64,000 bases of DNA. Origin: an uncultured bacterium (GTDB lineage: Bacteria; Chlamydiota; Chlamydiia; Chlamydiales; SM23-39). Under the pieces are notes generated by a model. It saw only the letters and a list, made by a program, of their open reading frames with translations, ran no database searches and had not been told where the DNA came from. The DNA is taken from positions 992,001-1,056,000 of the forward strand of contig OY970323.1 of NCBI GenBank assembly GCA_963716985.1, in the 5' to 3' direction. Position 1 is the stretch's first letter. Each line of letters starts with the position of its first letter. Both the position numbers and the translations under genes were made by a program. Shown here piece by piece: positions 51,669-61,626 of the stretch.

Positions 51669-52777
51669 CTAAGAAGAAGTTACCCAATCAAGAATCGAAG
51701 AAAACGTAGACTTTTTAGGTTCTGGTTTGGGTGCACCACAACATTTTGCAAACAAAGCAACAATGAGCGCAGGCACGCCAACAAAGGTGCCGAGCAAAGC
51801 GATGATGGAAGGACCGGGGGGAGGGGGGGAGGATCTGTGTGGGTAATGACGGGGATAACAACGGGTTTTTGCGTTGAATTTTGAACAGGCGTTACAAAAA
51901 AGGAACTCCAGGGAATAGCGAACGTTACTATGGTAGAAAGTGCAACTGCACTAATAATAACGACCCAGGTCGGTGTAGAGGCTAGGTTCCCGATTTGAGA
52001 AATTCTACCCCAAAGAGACGAAGAAGTTTTCTTGGGCTCTTCTGGCTTGAGATCTGCGGGCTTGGGCTTTGCGGACGTGGAGGCCTTTGGATCTGCGGAC
52101 ATAGGGGGGGTGGAACTTTCGGGCTTGGGCTTTGCAGAAACGGCACTTTGAAATTGAACAGCATCCGCGTATCGAGCTGCTAATAGGTCTGCAGTCATCA
52201 CAGCAATCTTTTGAGGTGTTGATGCGGATGATTGTTCTTCTGTTATAAGAGAGCTTTGATGAAATTGCCCCAGTACTCTACCGGCATAAATTTTTAATTG
52301 AGATAAGACCTTCTCGTCATCAGAACATGCATTATAAACCCCATGACCACTTTCTGCAAAAGAGGCATGAAATTTGTCTGGATTCAAAATAATATTTCTT
52401 GCGACTTCTCCAATTTTGACCGAAATCGTTACTTCGGGTGGTGTGGCAGGAGTTGGTGTGGGAGGAGTTGGTGTGGGAGGAGTTGGTGTGGGAGGAATAA
52501 GAACCCAATATCCATTAGAAGGCCGTATCACAAAGATGTGATCCCTTTGTAGAAAACCTACCATCTTTTCATTTGCGGGAATGTTTTTTGGGCTTCCAAA
52601 GGCTTCATAATACTCTTGCGAGGGAAACTCAATTCGTAATAATTTTGCACCTTCGAATTGGTCGTAAGTGCATGGAGAATAGCTTGCGCCGTATGCTTGT
52701 TTGTTTTCTGGGACAGGGCTGCTAGCTGCAGGTGCAGATGCGCCGGGGGATGGGACTGTACTTGTAGACGTTGTCAT
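51669..52777 (-). CDS. Effector-like paralogue 1 (long form with TM/Pro-rich C-terminus; apparent 1-nt frameshift at about 51825)
   Basis: MTTSTSTVPSPGASAPAA N-terminus, PTPTP repeats, AAGGAG RBS; N-terminal half nearly identical to 58836..59369. Confidence 0.7.
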
Positions 52778-53622
52778 AAACAACTCCTTGTTAATTGTTT
52801 AAAGATAAAAAACAGGATTGGTCAATTACTTTTTTTGGACATTGACCGAAGAAGAAAAATTTCTGAGGACAGATCGTCATGTTCAATGTTCTCAATAAAT
52901 TTTGTTGCAAAAATGTAGAACGTTTAGACTTAAATGTAAAAAGGTTTTTTTAAGAATATAAAAATTTTTTTTAAAGGATTGGGGAGGGTTTTTTATGTCA
53001 TTAAATATAAGTATCTTGCAGGCGTCCTTGCATGCAGTTGTCTCAAAAAGTATTTTTGATTTTCCTAAAATTAACACTCGGTGAATCAGCTCTCCTCCTT
53101 TCCGGGCCAATCATTTGCCTTCGCTGCATTCTTTGTTGAGTTGACCGGCAACGGGGATTCTTCTTTCAATGACCCTCCGAATCAACCAGCCCAATGCTTG
53201 AAACTTCATTGGGCGTTTCTGATAGCATTCTCAGGAATCTAAACGAGAAAAAAGTTCTCCACTTAACGGCTTGTCTCAAGATCTGCACTCTCACCGCCTT
53301 TCCGGAGCAATACATCTTGCGGGATCCTTCTTGCCGTTTCTTCCCAATGGTGTCTGTCGAAGCCATTCCGATGAAAATGCTCTTTTGTAGGTGAAAGTGG
53401 GTTTTTGATCGTAAGCTATTGAAATTGAGTCGTTAGTTTTTATTGCATGAGGAATATGCCGGGAAAATCGAAATGCCTCGAGATCTCTTTGCGGTTCTTT
53501 TTTTATAAGACTATGGTTTTTATTGTGTTAATTTAAATTTATAATTAAATTGAATAAAAACTTTATAAACATGATAATTAGCTTAGAATAATAAAGTGCT
53601 GTTTATTGCATGTGGAGGAGCC

Positions 53623-55782
53623 TTGAAACCAAAGACCAAGGTGCAGATCATAACGACCAATGAGGCAATCGATAATCTAACAACGATTGCCGAAACGGAC
53701 TTTAATGCAAATACGCTGCTCGGCGTTGTGGATCAGGCGCGCTTTGTCTTGTCCGATCAAGACTATACGATGGGATCCATACAATGGCTGGCTCCTGAAA
53801 ATGCATCGGAAATTTTGGAGGTCATGAGAGTGACCTACCGAGCGCTCTTTCAATACCTCTGTGATCTTTATGAAAATATGCTCACCGATTGGGAAGATCT
53901 CAAATTGAAAAAGTCGCTCCAGGAGATGATGGAGATTGCCGGAGAGGCGGCGAGTGGGTTGGATCGCTATCTGGCGCTTTTCCCCGGCGTGATGGAGCGC
54001 GCATCGGAACTTGCGGAATACAAAGAGGTTCGTGCCTACTTTCTCGAAAGAATTGTTCCTAAATTCGACGGAGGCGTCGAAGGAGATCAAGAGTGGGCGC
54101 GCGAGTGGGTGGAAAACGAAGAGGCGTTAAATTTCGATCTGGAAAGAAGAGGGCTGAAAGATTTCGAAACGGTCCGAAGAGATCGCGAATATGAGCTTTT
54201 TTATGTCCGCGATGAAAATGACCGGCCTTTTTTTACTCCCGAGCTTTTGCGCAACATCAAACTCGTCTGCGATTTTGATGCAGCTGCCGGAGAGGAGTTG
54301 ACTGAAGACCCTCTGTTGAAAATTCAGGATTTTCAAGATCGCGATCATCATGCTGCAGCTTTGCAAATTCTGCATCTTGTCGACCCCTACATGCGCGATT
54401 TCTACAAAAGCCGCATCAACCATAAGGAACACGAGCTGGCCGCGCTTCTTCACAAGGCGCTTTTCGCCTTGATGCTTGCGGCAAATGAGAGGCATTTGAT
54501 GGCCAGAACCGGCAATAAACATTGCCTGCTCTATTTCGAGGATTTTCAGACGTTTTTACGAGAGGCGCTGACTTGCGACGAATACCAGAAGATTTTGGCT
54601 TATGAAGAGTCTGAGGTCACCTCCGCATCCCATGTGCTTTTGCGTTTGACCCACCATCTTTGCAAGGCGTTTTATTTGCGCACATCCGGCATAAAAGAAG
54701 AGATGATTGGGTTCATTTATCATCTGATCCATAAGGGAAAAGATAGAAAGGCAAAAAAAACAAAAGAGCCCGAGAGCGTTTTAGCAAAGATCGTTGAGAA
54801 TGACGATTCGATGCGCTTTTTCTTACGCTTTTTTCCCAATGGGGCCATCTTTAAGGACCTCGACGTGGTGAGGAGCAAAGAGGTCGTGGGGTTTGATCCT
54901 ATTTTGCAGAGAAATGATCCCGCAAAGCTCTATTCGGCCCATATCGATGGGCGTGTAGTGCAAATCGTTAAAATTCCCTCTCCCACAAGACAAGAGATCA
55001 TCACAAAAGCCAAGGTCGTTCCGGAATTTTTAGGATTTTTGCGTGCTGACGTTCGCGAAAAGCATCCCAAAAAACATCTCATGGTCCAGCTGCAAGATAA
55101 AACGTCATGGAAAGAGTTTGCCAGGGTCAAGGTATTGGAAGATTTGCAAAGAGAGGCCGAATGGAAGGGAAATCTTGTGGTTTTGACCCTAACGAAGGAT
55201 ACCGATTTTTATTTTCAAAACGGAGAGTATCTTTCTTTGGATCTTGCAAAGGATTTCATCGAGAACTTTTTCCAGCAGATCGAGAGCGCCGAGTGCGGAT
55301 ATTATCTTCCGCCGCTTGTGCAGACGGAAACGATGAAAAAAACGATCCTAGACCTTCTTTTTTGGGTTCATGAGAATTTCTTTGAAAGCAAAGAGCTTCT
55401 CAATCGAAAGGAGCGGTTGGATTTCATCGAGATTTTTTACCATTTCTTCATTTTGCGCTTGATCAAAGAAATCAAGCCGGACAGCATCAGCTTTACTTGC
55501 AAGGATGCGGTGGATGTCGGCGGGTCTTTGAGCGCATCTTTTTATGCTTTTATCAAGATTCTTTCCCAGCAAGTGCTCATCAAGCAGGATGAGGATTTTT
55601 TATTCTATCTTTTTTATGCCTGCCCGCTTCTAGTGCGCGAAAGGGCCATCGACCCTCAAAGGTTGCATCGTCTCCTATCTGCCCTCTCTCAGATCGAGAG
55701 CGGTTTGAAACGACGGGGAAAAGAGATCGTAAAAGAGGTAAGTTCTCTTTATGGATCAGATTTGGGAGCCGCTTCCTTTTGA
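53623..55782 (+). CDS. Conserved chlamydial hypothetical protein (about 720 aa)
   Basis: Long acidic ORF; TTG start after GGAGGAG; SFTCKDAVD near the C-terminus. Confidence 0.8.
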   Translation: MKPKTKVQIITTNEAIDNLTTIAETDFNANTLLGVVDQARFVLSDQDYTMGSIQWLAPENASEILEVMRVTYRALFQYLCDLYENMLTDWEDLKLKKSLQEMMEIAGEAASGLDRYLALFPGVMERASELAEYKEVRAYFLERIVPKFDGGVEGDQEWAREWVENEEALNFDLERRGLKDFETVRRDREYELFYVRDENDRPFFTPELLRNIKLVCDFDAAAGEELTEDPLLKIQDFQDRDHHAAALQILHLVDPYMRDFYKSRINHKEHELAALLHKALFALMLAANERHLMARTGNKHCLLYFEDFQTFLREALTCDEYQKILAYEESEVTSASHVLLRLTHHLCKAFYLRTSGIKEEMIGFIYHLIHKGKDRKAKKTKEPESVLAKIVENDDSMRFFLRFFPNGAIFKDLDVVRSKEVVGFDPILQRNDPAKLYSAHIDGRVVQIVKIPSPTRQEIITKAKVVPEFLGFLRADVREKHPKKHLMVQLQDKTSWKEFARVKVLEDLQREAEWKGNLVVLTLTKDTDFYFQNGEYLSLDLAKDFIENFFQQIESAECGYYLPPLVQTETMKKTILDLLFWVHENFFESKELLNRKERLDFIEIFYHFFILRLIKEIKPDSISFTCKDAVDVGGSLSASFYAFIKILSQQVLIKQDEDFLFYLFYACPLLVRERAIDPQRLHRLLSALSQIESGLKRRGKEIVKEVSSLYGSDLGAASF

Positions 55783-55792
55783 TGCTCGATGA
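55475..55792 (+). repeat. Direct repeat copy A (3' end of the 720-aa gene)
   Basis: Near-identical to 58455..58770. Confidence 0.9.
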
Positions 55793-55817
55793 GTTCTCAT
55801 ATTTCTCTTTCTTTTTT

Positions 55818-57203
55818 CTATTTTTTTATAGGATAAACGAAAATGGTTTTGAGAAAAGCTTCATTGTTTAGAGAATCTAAGAAAGAAAGAGTATAGGTAA
55901 AAACTTCATTTTTTTTACAGTTATGGTCGTAAAATTCTAATGGGCCGTCCGAGAGGACGACTCCAATAGGAAGAGTCAAATTCCCATTGCGATAGATGGC
56001 ATAGCTTGTCGCATTGCTAACAGGTGTCCATGAAAGTTTATTAACCAGTTCACTTACTGTAGCAAAAGAATTATTGATCTGGTCTCCCTTAAAACTAGAA
56101 TAAGGATAAGCGGGCGAAGCGATAGAATTGATGGCCAAAGCAATATAGATAGGCCCTTCTCCTACTGCAATTGTTTTTATGACGGTATTCGTTGATGTTT
56201 GTAAAAGGCTAACGCTATTATTTCCTTGATTGCAAACATACCCATAAGATTCATCAGGGGTGATTGTTATACTCAGTGGCCTCAACCCTACGGGAATAGT
56301 TGTAATAACCGTGTCACTAGATGTTTGGATCGCGCTGATCGTATTATCGGCACTATTGCACACGTAAACTTTCGACCCACTTGGAGTAATCGTTGAGAAC
56401 ACCGGGTGGTTTCCTACTGAAATAGAATCAATCACCGTGTTAGTAGATGTTTGAATGACACTGACTCTGTTGCTTACAAAATTACAAACATAAGCTTTGG
56501 TTCCATCTGGGGTAATCTTTATATCAATCGGGTTCGTTGCCACAACAATTGTTGCAATGGGCATATTGTCCGATGTTCGAATGGCGGTGACAATGCCACC
56601 GCTAAAAGTACAGACATAAACTTTTGATCCGTCGGGGGTAATGGCGATAGAATTGGGTTCAACTCCTAAAGGAATCGTTGCGGTGACGGTGTTATCGGAT
56701 GTGCGGATGACGCTAATGCTGTCACTTTGAGAATTAGAAACATAAACATGAGATCCATCAGGAGATATGACTACTCTAGAGGGAAAGGAACCTACAGTAA
56801 CAGTCGTGACAGTATTATCTGATGTTCGAATGACACTGACAGTGCCGCTCTGAAGATTGCAAACATAAACTTGCGTTCCATCAGGAGTGATTGCTATTGC
56901 TTCCGGATAGGTTCCCACAGAAATTGTTGCAGCGATTGTGTTGTCGGATGTTTGAATGACGCTGACAGAATCACTGAGAATATTGCAAATATAAGCTTTC
57001 GTTCCATCGGGAGATATCGCCACAGGAGTGATCTCTATAGACTCCGGGTCCAATCCTACGGGAATTGTTGCAACGATTGTGTTATCAGACAATCGAATCG
57101 CACTAACAGTGCTACCAACTGAATTCGTAACAAAAGCTGTTTGTTCTGTAGCAAATAAAGAAATGCTCATAAGAAAGCTTAGAAAAAACAACTTTTTCTT
57201 CAC
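55818..57203 (-). CDS. YVTN/YncE-type beta-propeller repeat surface protein
   Basis: Signal peptide; about eight 42-aa repeats of the form ITPDGTKAYVCN..S..VSVIQTSDNTV.ATI.VG..P. Confidence 0.9.
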   Translation of the reverse strand: MKKKLFFLSFLMSISLFATEQTAFVTNSVGSTVSAIRLSDNTIVATIPVGLDPESIEITPVAISPDGTKAYICNILSDSVSVIQTSDNTIAATISVGTYPEAIAITPDGTQVYVCNLQSGTVSVIRTSDNTVTTVTVGSFPSRVVISPDGSHVYVSNSQSDSISVIRTSDNTVTATIPLGVEPNSIAITPDGSKVYVCTFSGGIVTAIRTSDNMPIATIVVATNPIDIKITPDGTKAYVCNFVSNRVSVIQTSTNTVIDSISVGNHPVFSTITPSGSKVYVCNSADNTISAIQTSSDTVITTIPVGLRPLSITITPDESYGYVCNQGNNSVSLLQTSTNTVIKTIAVGEGPIYIALAINSIASPAYPYSSFKGDQINNSFATVSELVNKLSWTPVSNATSYAIYRNGNLTLPIGVVLSDGPLEFYDHNCKKNEVFTYTLSFLDSLNNEAFLKTIFVYPIKK

Positions 57204-57285
57204 ACATCTTCTCCATTCAGCATGACAGTTTTAATTCGAGCGACCATGCGTTTGTCTCTCTCTTTTTTTGTTGCAATCTCAACTG

Positions 57286-57421
57286 AGCTTAAGAACTGAG
57301 GCGGCATTCCAAGGTGCCCATATATTCGCTCCTAACATAGTCTCTAAATGCGCAAGAGACTTAAGGCTGGTCAACCTCAGGCTTGATCTCTCAAGCATCT
57401 CCCTTGGGAGGGGTGGTTGAC
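57286..57421 (-). ncRNA. Truncated second HEARO/omega-RNA element copy
   Basis: Reverse complement GTCAACCACCCCTCCC..GAGAGATCAAGCCTGAGGTTGACCAGCCTTAAGTC..GACTATGTTAGGAGCGAATATA..ACCTTGGAATGCCGCCTCAGTTCT aligns to 11298-11434. Confidence 0.8.
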
Positions 57422-57840
57422 AATTCCGCTTCAGGAATTTTATTATTGAAAAATAGTACATAAACAAAAAAATTCAGTCAAATTTTTTTTTGAATGCTTT
57501 ATCTCGCAGGGCTTTTATGAGATTTTTCCTGACGTCGCCTCGCTCTATGAAATGTACAACCTTCACGATTTAGCGCAGCACATTTTGAACGCTGTTGCAG
57601 ACCACGTCAACTTGTACGTTTTGTCTATGAGCAGGCAAGGTCAAGAATCTCTAGAAAAAGTCCTGTTTATCTTGGCTCTGCCATAAAAATTTGAAAAAAA
57701 TTACACAATCTGTTGATTACAACGCGAGTTAATGAAATACTTGACAAAGGTCAACATTATGCTGAGCCATATGTTCTCGTCACCCTTGAGGAAGAGGTAA
57801 TGTTTTTCGCAATTTCATCCACAGTGAAAAGAGAATTGCA

Positions 57841-58455
57841 ATGAAGGTAAAATTTTTTACATTTGTTTTCTGTTTTCTTCCACTGTTCGGTTCGGCAAGT
57901 TCACAGGTTTCTTCCCCTTCCAACCTGGAAGTAAAAACTGGCTATTTCTTTTTCACATCATCGCGTATGCAATGCGTGTATGATGAAGGGGGGCTCGACG
58001 TGCAGCTTTCTGGAACCTTAGGTTTTTGGCACTGGATGCGTCTTTATGGAAGCATGGAATATTTGCAAAAATCGGGCCACTCTCTCAATATCCACCAGCC
58101 CACTTCGATCTGGGAGCTTCCTTTAAGCTTTGGCCTGCAGACCTGGATACCGGTTTTTACCTCTTCAGACGATCACAAAAAAGTAGCCTTTTATCTGACA
58201 TTGGGACCGAGATATTCCTTCGTTTTTGTCCGAAACCATTCCAAATACGTCGATAACAAAATGAAGGAGAATGGAATCGGCGGTTTTGCCAATCTGGGAC
58301 TATTTGCTTCGATCAATCCCCATTTAAACTTTGATTTCTTTGGCGAATATTCCTATGCAAGACTACACTTCCATAGCTCGCACTTCGAAACCCAAGGCCA
58401 TACCGTTCAGATAGGCGGTCTTGCCTTCGGCGCTGCCGTAGGATATGCGTTTTGA
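57841..58455 (+). CDS. Outer-membrane beta-barrel protein
   Basis: Signal peptide, alternating aromatic strands, C-terminal GYAF (BAM signal). Confidence 0.75.
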   Translation: MKVKFFTFVFCFLPLFGSASSQVSSPSNLEVKTGYFFFTSSRMQCVYDEGGLDVQLSGTLGFWHWMRLYGSMEYLQKSGHSLNIHQPTSIWELPLSFGLQTWIPVFTSSDDHKKVAFYLTLGPRYSFVFVRNHSKYVDNKMKENGIGGFANLGLFASINPHLNFDFFGEYSYARLHFHSSHFETQGHTVQIGGLAFGAAVGYAF

Positions 58456-58801
58456 GCCAGTCGGCATCAGCTTTACTTGCAAGGATGCGGTGGGTGTCGG
58501 CGGGGCTTTGAGCGCATCTTTTTATGCTTTTATCAAGATTCTTTCCCAGCAAGTGCTCATCAAGCAGGATGAGGATTTTTTATTCTATCTTTTATGCCTG
58601 CCCGCTTTTAGTGCGCAAAAGGGCCATCGATCCTCAAAGGTTGCATCGTCTCCTATCTGCCCTCTCTCAGATCGAGAGCGGTTTGAAACGACGGGGAAAA
58701 GAGATCGTAAAAGAGGTAAGTTCTCTTTATGGATCAGATTTGGGAGCCGCTTCCTTTTGATGCTCGATGATATCTTCATTGTAGAGCTTTAAAGAATCCA
58801 T
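58455..58801 (+). pseudogene. Direct repeat copy B: frameshifted 3' end of the 720-aa gene running into a copy of the mlaD 3' end
   Basis: Matches 55475..55792 with a 2-nt deletion, then TGCTCGATGATATCTTCATTGTAGAGCTTTAAAGAATCCAT identical to 60407-60447. Confidence 0.85.
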
Positions 58802-58835
58802 CGAGCAGGTTTCTTGGAGTTTTCTCACGAGGGAG

Positions 58836-59369
58836 CTACGTTAGGGTGTCCTGAAGGGAGTCTTTATAAAGCTGTCTCATTACCTTACCGGCATAAATTT
58901 TTAATTGAGATAAGACCTTCTCGTCATCAGAACATGCATCATAAACCCCATGACCACTTTCTGCAAAAGAGGCATGAAATTTGTGTGGATTCAAAATAAT
59001 ATTTCTTGCGACTTCTCCAATTTTGACCGAAATCGTTACTTCGGGTGGTGTGGCAGGAGTTGGTGTGGGAGGAGTTGGTGTGGGAGGAATAAGAACCCAA
59101 TATCCATTAGAAGGCCGTATCACAAAGATGTGATCCCTTTGTAGAAAACCTACCATCTTTTCATTTGCGGGAATGTTTTTTGGGCTTCCAAAGGCTTCAT
59201 AATACTCTTGCGAGGGAAACTCAATTCGTAATAATTTTGCACCTTCGAATTGGTCGTAAGTGCATGGAGAATAGCTTGCGCCGTATGCTTGTTTGTTTTC
59301 TGGGACAGGGCTGCTAGCTGCAGGTGCAGATGCGCCGAGGGATGGGACTGTACTTGTAGACGTTGTCAT
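58836..59369 (-). CDS. Effector-like paralogue 2 (short form)
   Basis: Near-identical to paralogue 1 up to LKIYAG, with one fewer 15-bp PTPTP unit. Confidence 0.75.
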   Translation of the reverse strand: MTTSTSTVPSLGASAPAASSPVPENKQAYGASYSPCTYDQFEGAKLLRIEFPSQEYYEAFGSPKNIPANEKMVGFLQRDHIFVIRPSNGYWVLIPPTPTPPTPTPATPPEVTISVKIGEVARNIILNPHKFHASFAESGHGVYDACSDDEKVLSQLKIYAGKVMRQLYKDSLQDTLT

Positions 59370-59551
59370 AAACAACTCCTTGTTAATTGTTTAAAGATAA
59401 AAAACAGGATTGGTCAACTGCTTTTTTAAGACATTGTCCGAAGAGCAGACACTCCTGTGTTTGGATCTTCATTTTCAAAGATCGCAATAAATTTCTTCGC
59501 GAAAGCATAGAGCGTTTAGGCTTAAATGTAAAGTCGAGAGTGGGTGGAATC

Positions 59552-59643
59552 CGAGGAGAAAAGAGATCGTGAAAGAAGTAAGTTCTCTTTACGGATCAGA
59601 TTTGGGAGCTGCTTGCTTTTGATGCTCTATACAAGTAGAGCTT
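59552..59643 (+). repeat. Direct repeat copy C of the convergent-gene junction
   Basis: GAAAAGAGATCGTGAAAGAAGTAAGTTCTCTTTACGGATCAGATTTGGGAGCTGCTTGCTTTTGATGCTC, a diverged copy of 55718-55787. Confidence 0.8.
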
Positions 59644-59698
59644 CCTTTTGCTTTTGCGCAAAGAAGAGCGGGTTTCTCGGAATTTTCTGGAGCGGGAG

Positions 59699-60181
59699 CT
59701 ACTTTACGATCCTCTGAAGGGATTGTCGATAAAGTTGACTCATTACCTTACCGGCATAATCTTTTAATTGACGCAAGACCCGGCTGTCGTCAGCACTATT
59801 AACATCCACTGCATCCCGACGTGAAGAAGAGCTGCAGAATTGGGTTAGATTCAAGGTAACATATCTTGCGACATCTCCCATTTCGATCGCAATCGTTAAT
59901 TCTTTTTGGGATGTCGTGCCGGGAACTGGGGATGCTGTAAGGGGAACACAAGTCCAATACCCGGTCCTAGCGTGCACCACAAAGCAAAGTTCGTTAAGCG
60001 CCAAACCTACCATCTTTTCATTATATGTTTGCTCGGAAAGCTCAAAGCGTAATAATTTTGCGCCTGCGAATGGGTCGTGGATGGGAGGGTGTTTCTCGTC
60101 CCATGTTTGTGATTTTTGCCGGATGGGACTGCCGGCTGCAGGTGCTGATGCTCCAATGCTTGAAACTCCGACTGTAGACAT
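59699..60181 (-). CDS. Effector-like paralogue 3 (diverged)
   Basis: GASAPAA, FAGAKLLR, NEKMVG, GYW, IEMGDVAR, QLKDYAGKVMSQLY shared with paralogues 1 and 2. Confidence 0.75.
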   Translation of the reverse strand: MSTVGVSSIGASAPAAGSPIRQKSQTWDEKHPPIHDPFAGAKLLRFELSEQTYNEKMVGLALNELCFVVHARTGYWTCVPLTASPVPGTTSQKELTIAIEMGDVARYVTLNLTQFCSSSSRRDAVDVNSADDSRVLRQLKDYAGKVMSQLYRQSLQRIVK

Positions 60182-60372
60182 GAACAACCCCTTGTTAATT
60201 GTTTAAAGGCATTTCCTGAAAAAACAAGATAGAGCAACTGCTTTTTTAAGACATTGTCCGAAGAGGAAAAACTTCTGAGGACGGATCTTCATTTTTAACG
60301 TTGTCAATAATTTTTTTTTCGTAAAAATGTAGAGCTTTGAGGCTTAAAAGTAAAGTCGAAAGCATGTGGAAT

Positions 60373-61626
60373 CTATGGATCGCACTTAGGAGGCGATTCC
60401 TGTTGGTGCTCGATGATATCTTCATTGTAGAGCTTTAAAGAATCCATGAGTCCATCGACTTTTTGGAGCAGGTCCGCAAAATCTTTTTTAAAAGAGGGGC
60501 TTTGGAGTATTTCTGTTTTGTTTTTTCTCTGCTCTGCTCTTTCAAGAAGCATCGAGAGTCGTTCGATGCCCACGTTGATTCCGTCGATCTCCCCTTCATA
60601 AAATTGACGAAATTCCTTCGGCGTTTGAAGTGCTTGGAGCAGGTTGGCCCTTTTCGTGCGTATGCGCTGCCAGTGTTTGTCATATTGGAAGAGCAGGCCA
60701 TAATGGTTGATGTCGTTCATGAGCGTATCGACTTTGCTCATGATATTGGTGAATCGAAGATAGAAATCCTCATCTGAAATGAGTTTTCCGAGTGTTCCTT
60801 TTCCATTGGCGATGTCTTTTGTGAATTTATTGATATTCGCCAGCATTTCGCCTCCATCGGTTTTGATGGATTTGCTGGCATCGACGAAGTTGGTGAGTAT
60901 TTCATCGAATTTGGAGACCATTTCATTTTGGTGCATCTCTTGCAGGGCATCGCGTATCAACTTCATATTGTCGGTAAAGACATCGACGGCATCTTTGACG
61001 GATGAGACCATGTCCTTTTCGTTAAAACTTTTTAGGGTGACATGCGCTTCTCCCATAGCGTTGGCAAAGGATTGGATCGCCTCTGAAAGCTCTTCTTTGT
61101 TTTCCATGAACCATTGTTCGAAATTGCCCACGGCGCTGTCCAGTTTTTCCGCGACGGAAGAGACCTCGTGAAAGGCCTGCTCGAGAGGTTCTGTGGAATC
61201 GGCATAGAGGATCTGGTCGGTGACTAGCTTGGCCTCTTCTCCTTTTCCCGGAGCCATGGGGATAATGGCAATGGACTTTTCTCCTAAAAGGCCGGTGGTC
61301 CGAATGGCGAGCTGATCGGTATTGTAGATCTCAACGCTGGAATCTACGCGAAGGGTCAATTCATAAAAGTAGATCCTGCCCAAAGCATCCACTTGATCTT
61401 CTCTAGCCGTTTTCACCTCTTTGATGGCGGCTACTTCTCCGACGGGCTTTCCCGCGAGGGTCACTCTTGTGCCAATCGAAATGCCGGCAACGTTGGAAAA
61501 ACGTACGTGCAGGATTTTTTTTCCATCTCCGATGGAGGGTTTGAAAAAGAGAATAGCCCAGGCAACTGCGAACATGGCGGCGACGATAAAAAGTCCAATG
61601 AGGAGATTTTTCATTTGTTCAGACAT
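60373..61626 (-). CDS. mlaD: MCE/MlaD family protein
   Basis: N-terminal TM, F.NVAGISIGTRVTLAG..VGEV, TTGLLGEKSI, coiled coil, GKGTLGKLI. Confidence 0.85.
   Translation of the reverse strand: MSEQMKNLLIGLFIVAAMFAVAWAILFFKPSIGDGKKILHVRFSNVAGISIGTRVTLAGKPVGEVAAIKEVKTAREDQVDALGRIYFYELTLRVDSSVEIYNTDQLAIRTTGLLGEKSIAIIPMAPGKGEEAKLVTDQILYADSTEPLEQAFHEVSSVAEKLDSAVGNFEQWFMENKEELSEAIQSFANAMGEAHVTLKSFNEKDMVSSVKDAVDVFTDNMKLIRDALQEMHQNEMVSKFDEILTNFVDASKSIKTDGGEMLANINKFTKDIANGKGTLGKLISDEDFYLRFTNIMSKVDTLMNDINHYGLLFQYDKHWQRIRTKRANLLQALQTPKEFRQFYEGEIDGINVGIERLSMLLERAEQRKNKTEILQSPSFKKDFADLLQKVDGLMDSLKLYNEDIIEHQQESPPKCDP

Noticed and set aside
52443..52496. 15-bp tandem repeats as a possible CRISPR array
   Set aside because: No spacers; the repeats encode PTPTP inside a CDS; no cas genes in the window
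53100..53400. Short ORFs or possible gene remnant
   Set aside because: No motif I can assign with confidence
57490..57686. About 60-codon open frame without a start codon
   Set aside because: No start or RBS and no recognisable similarity
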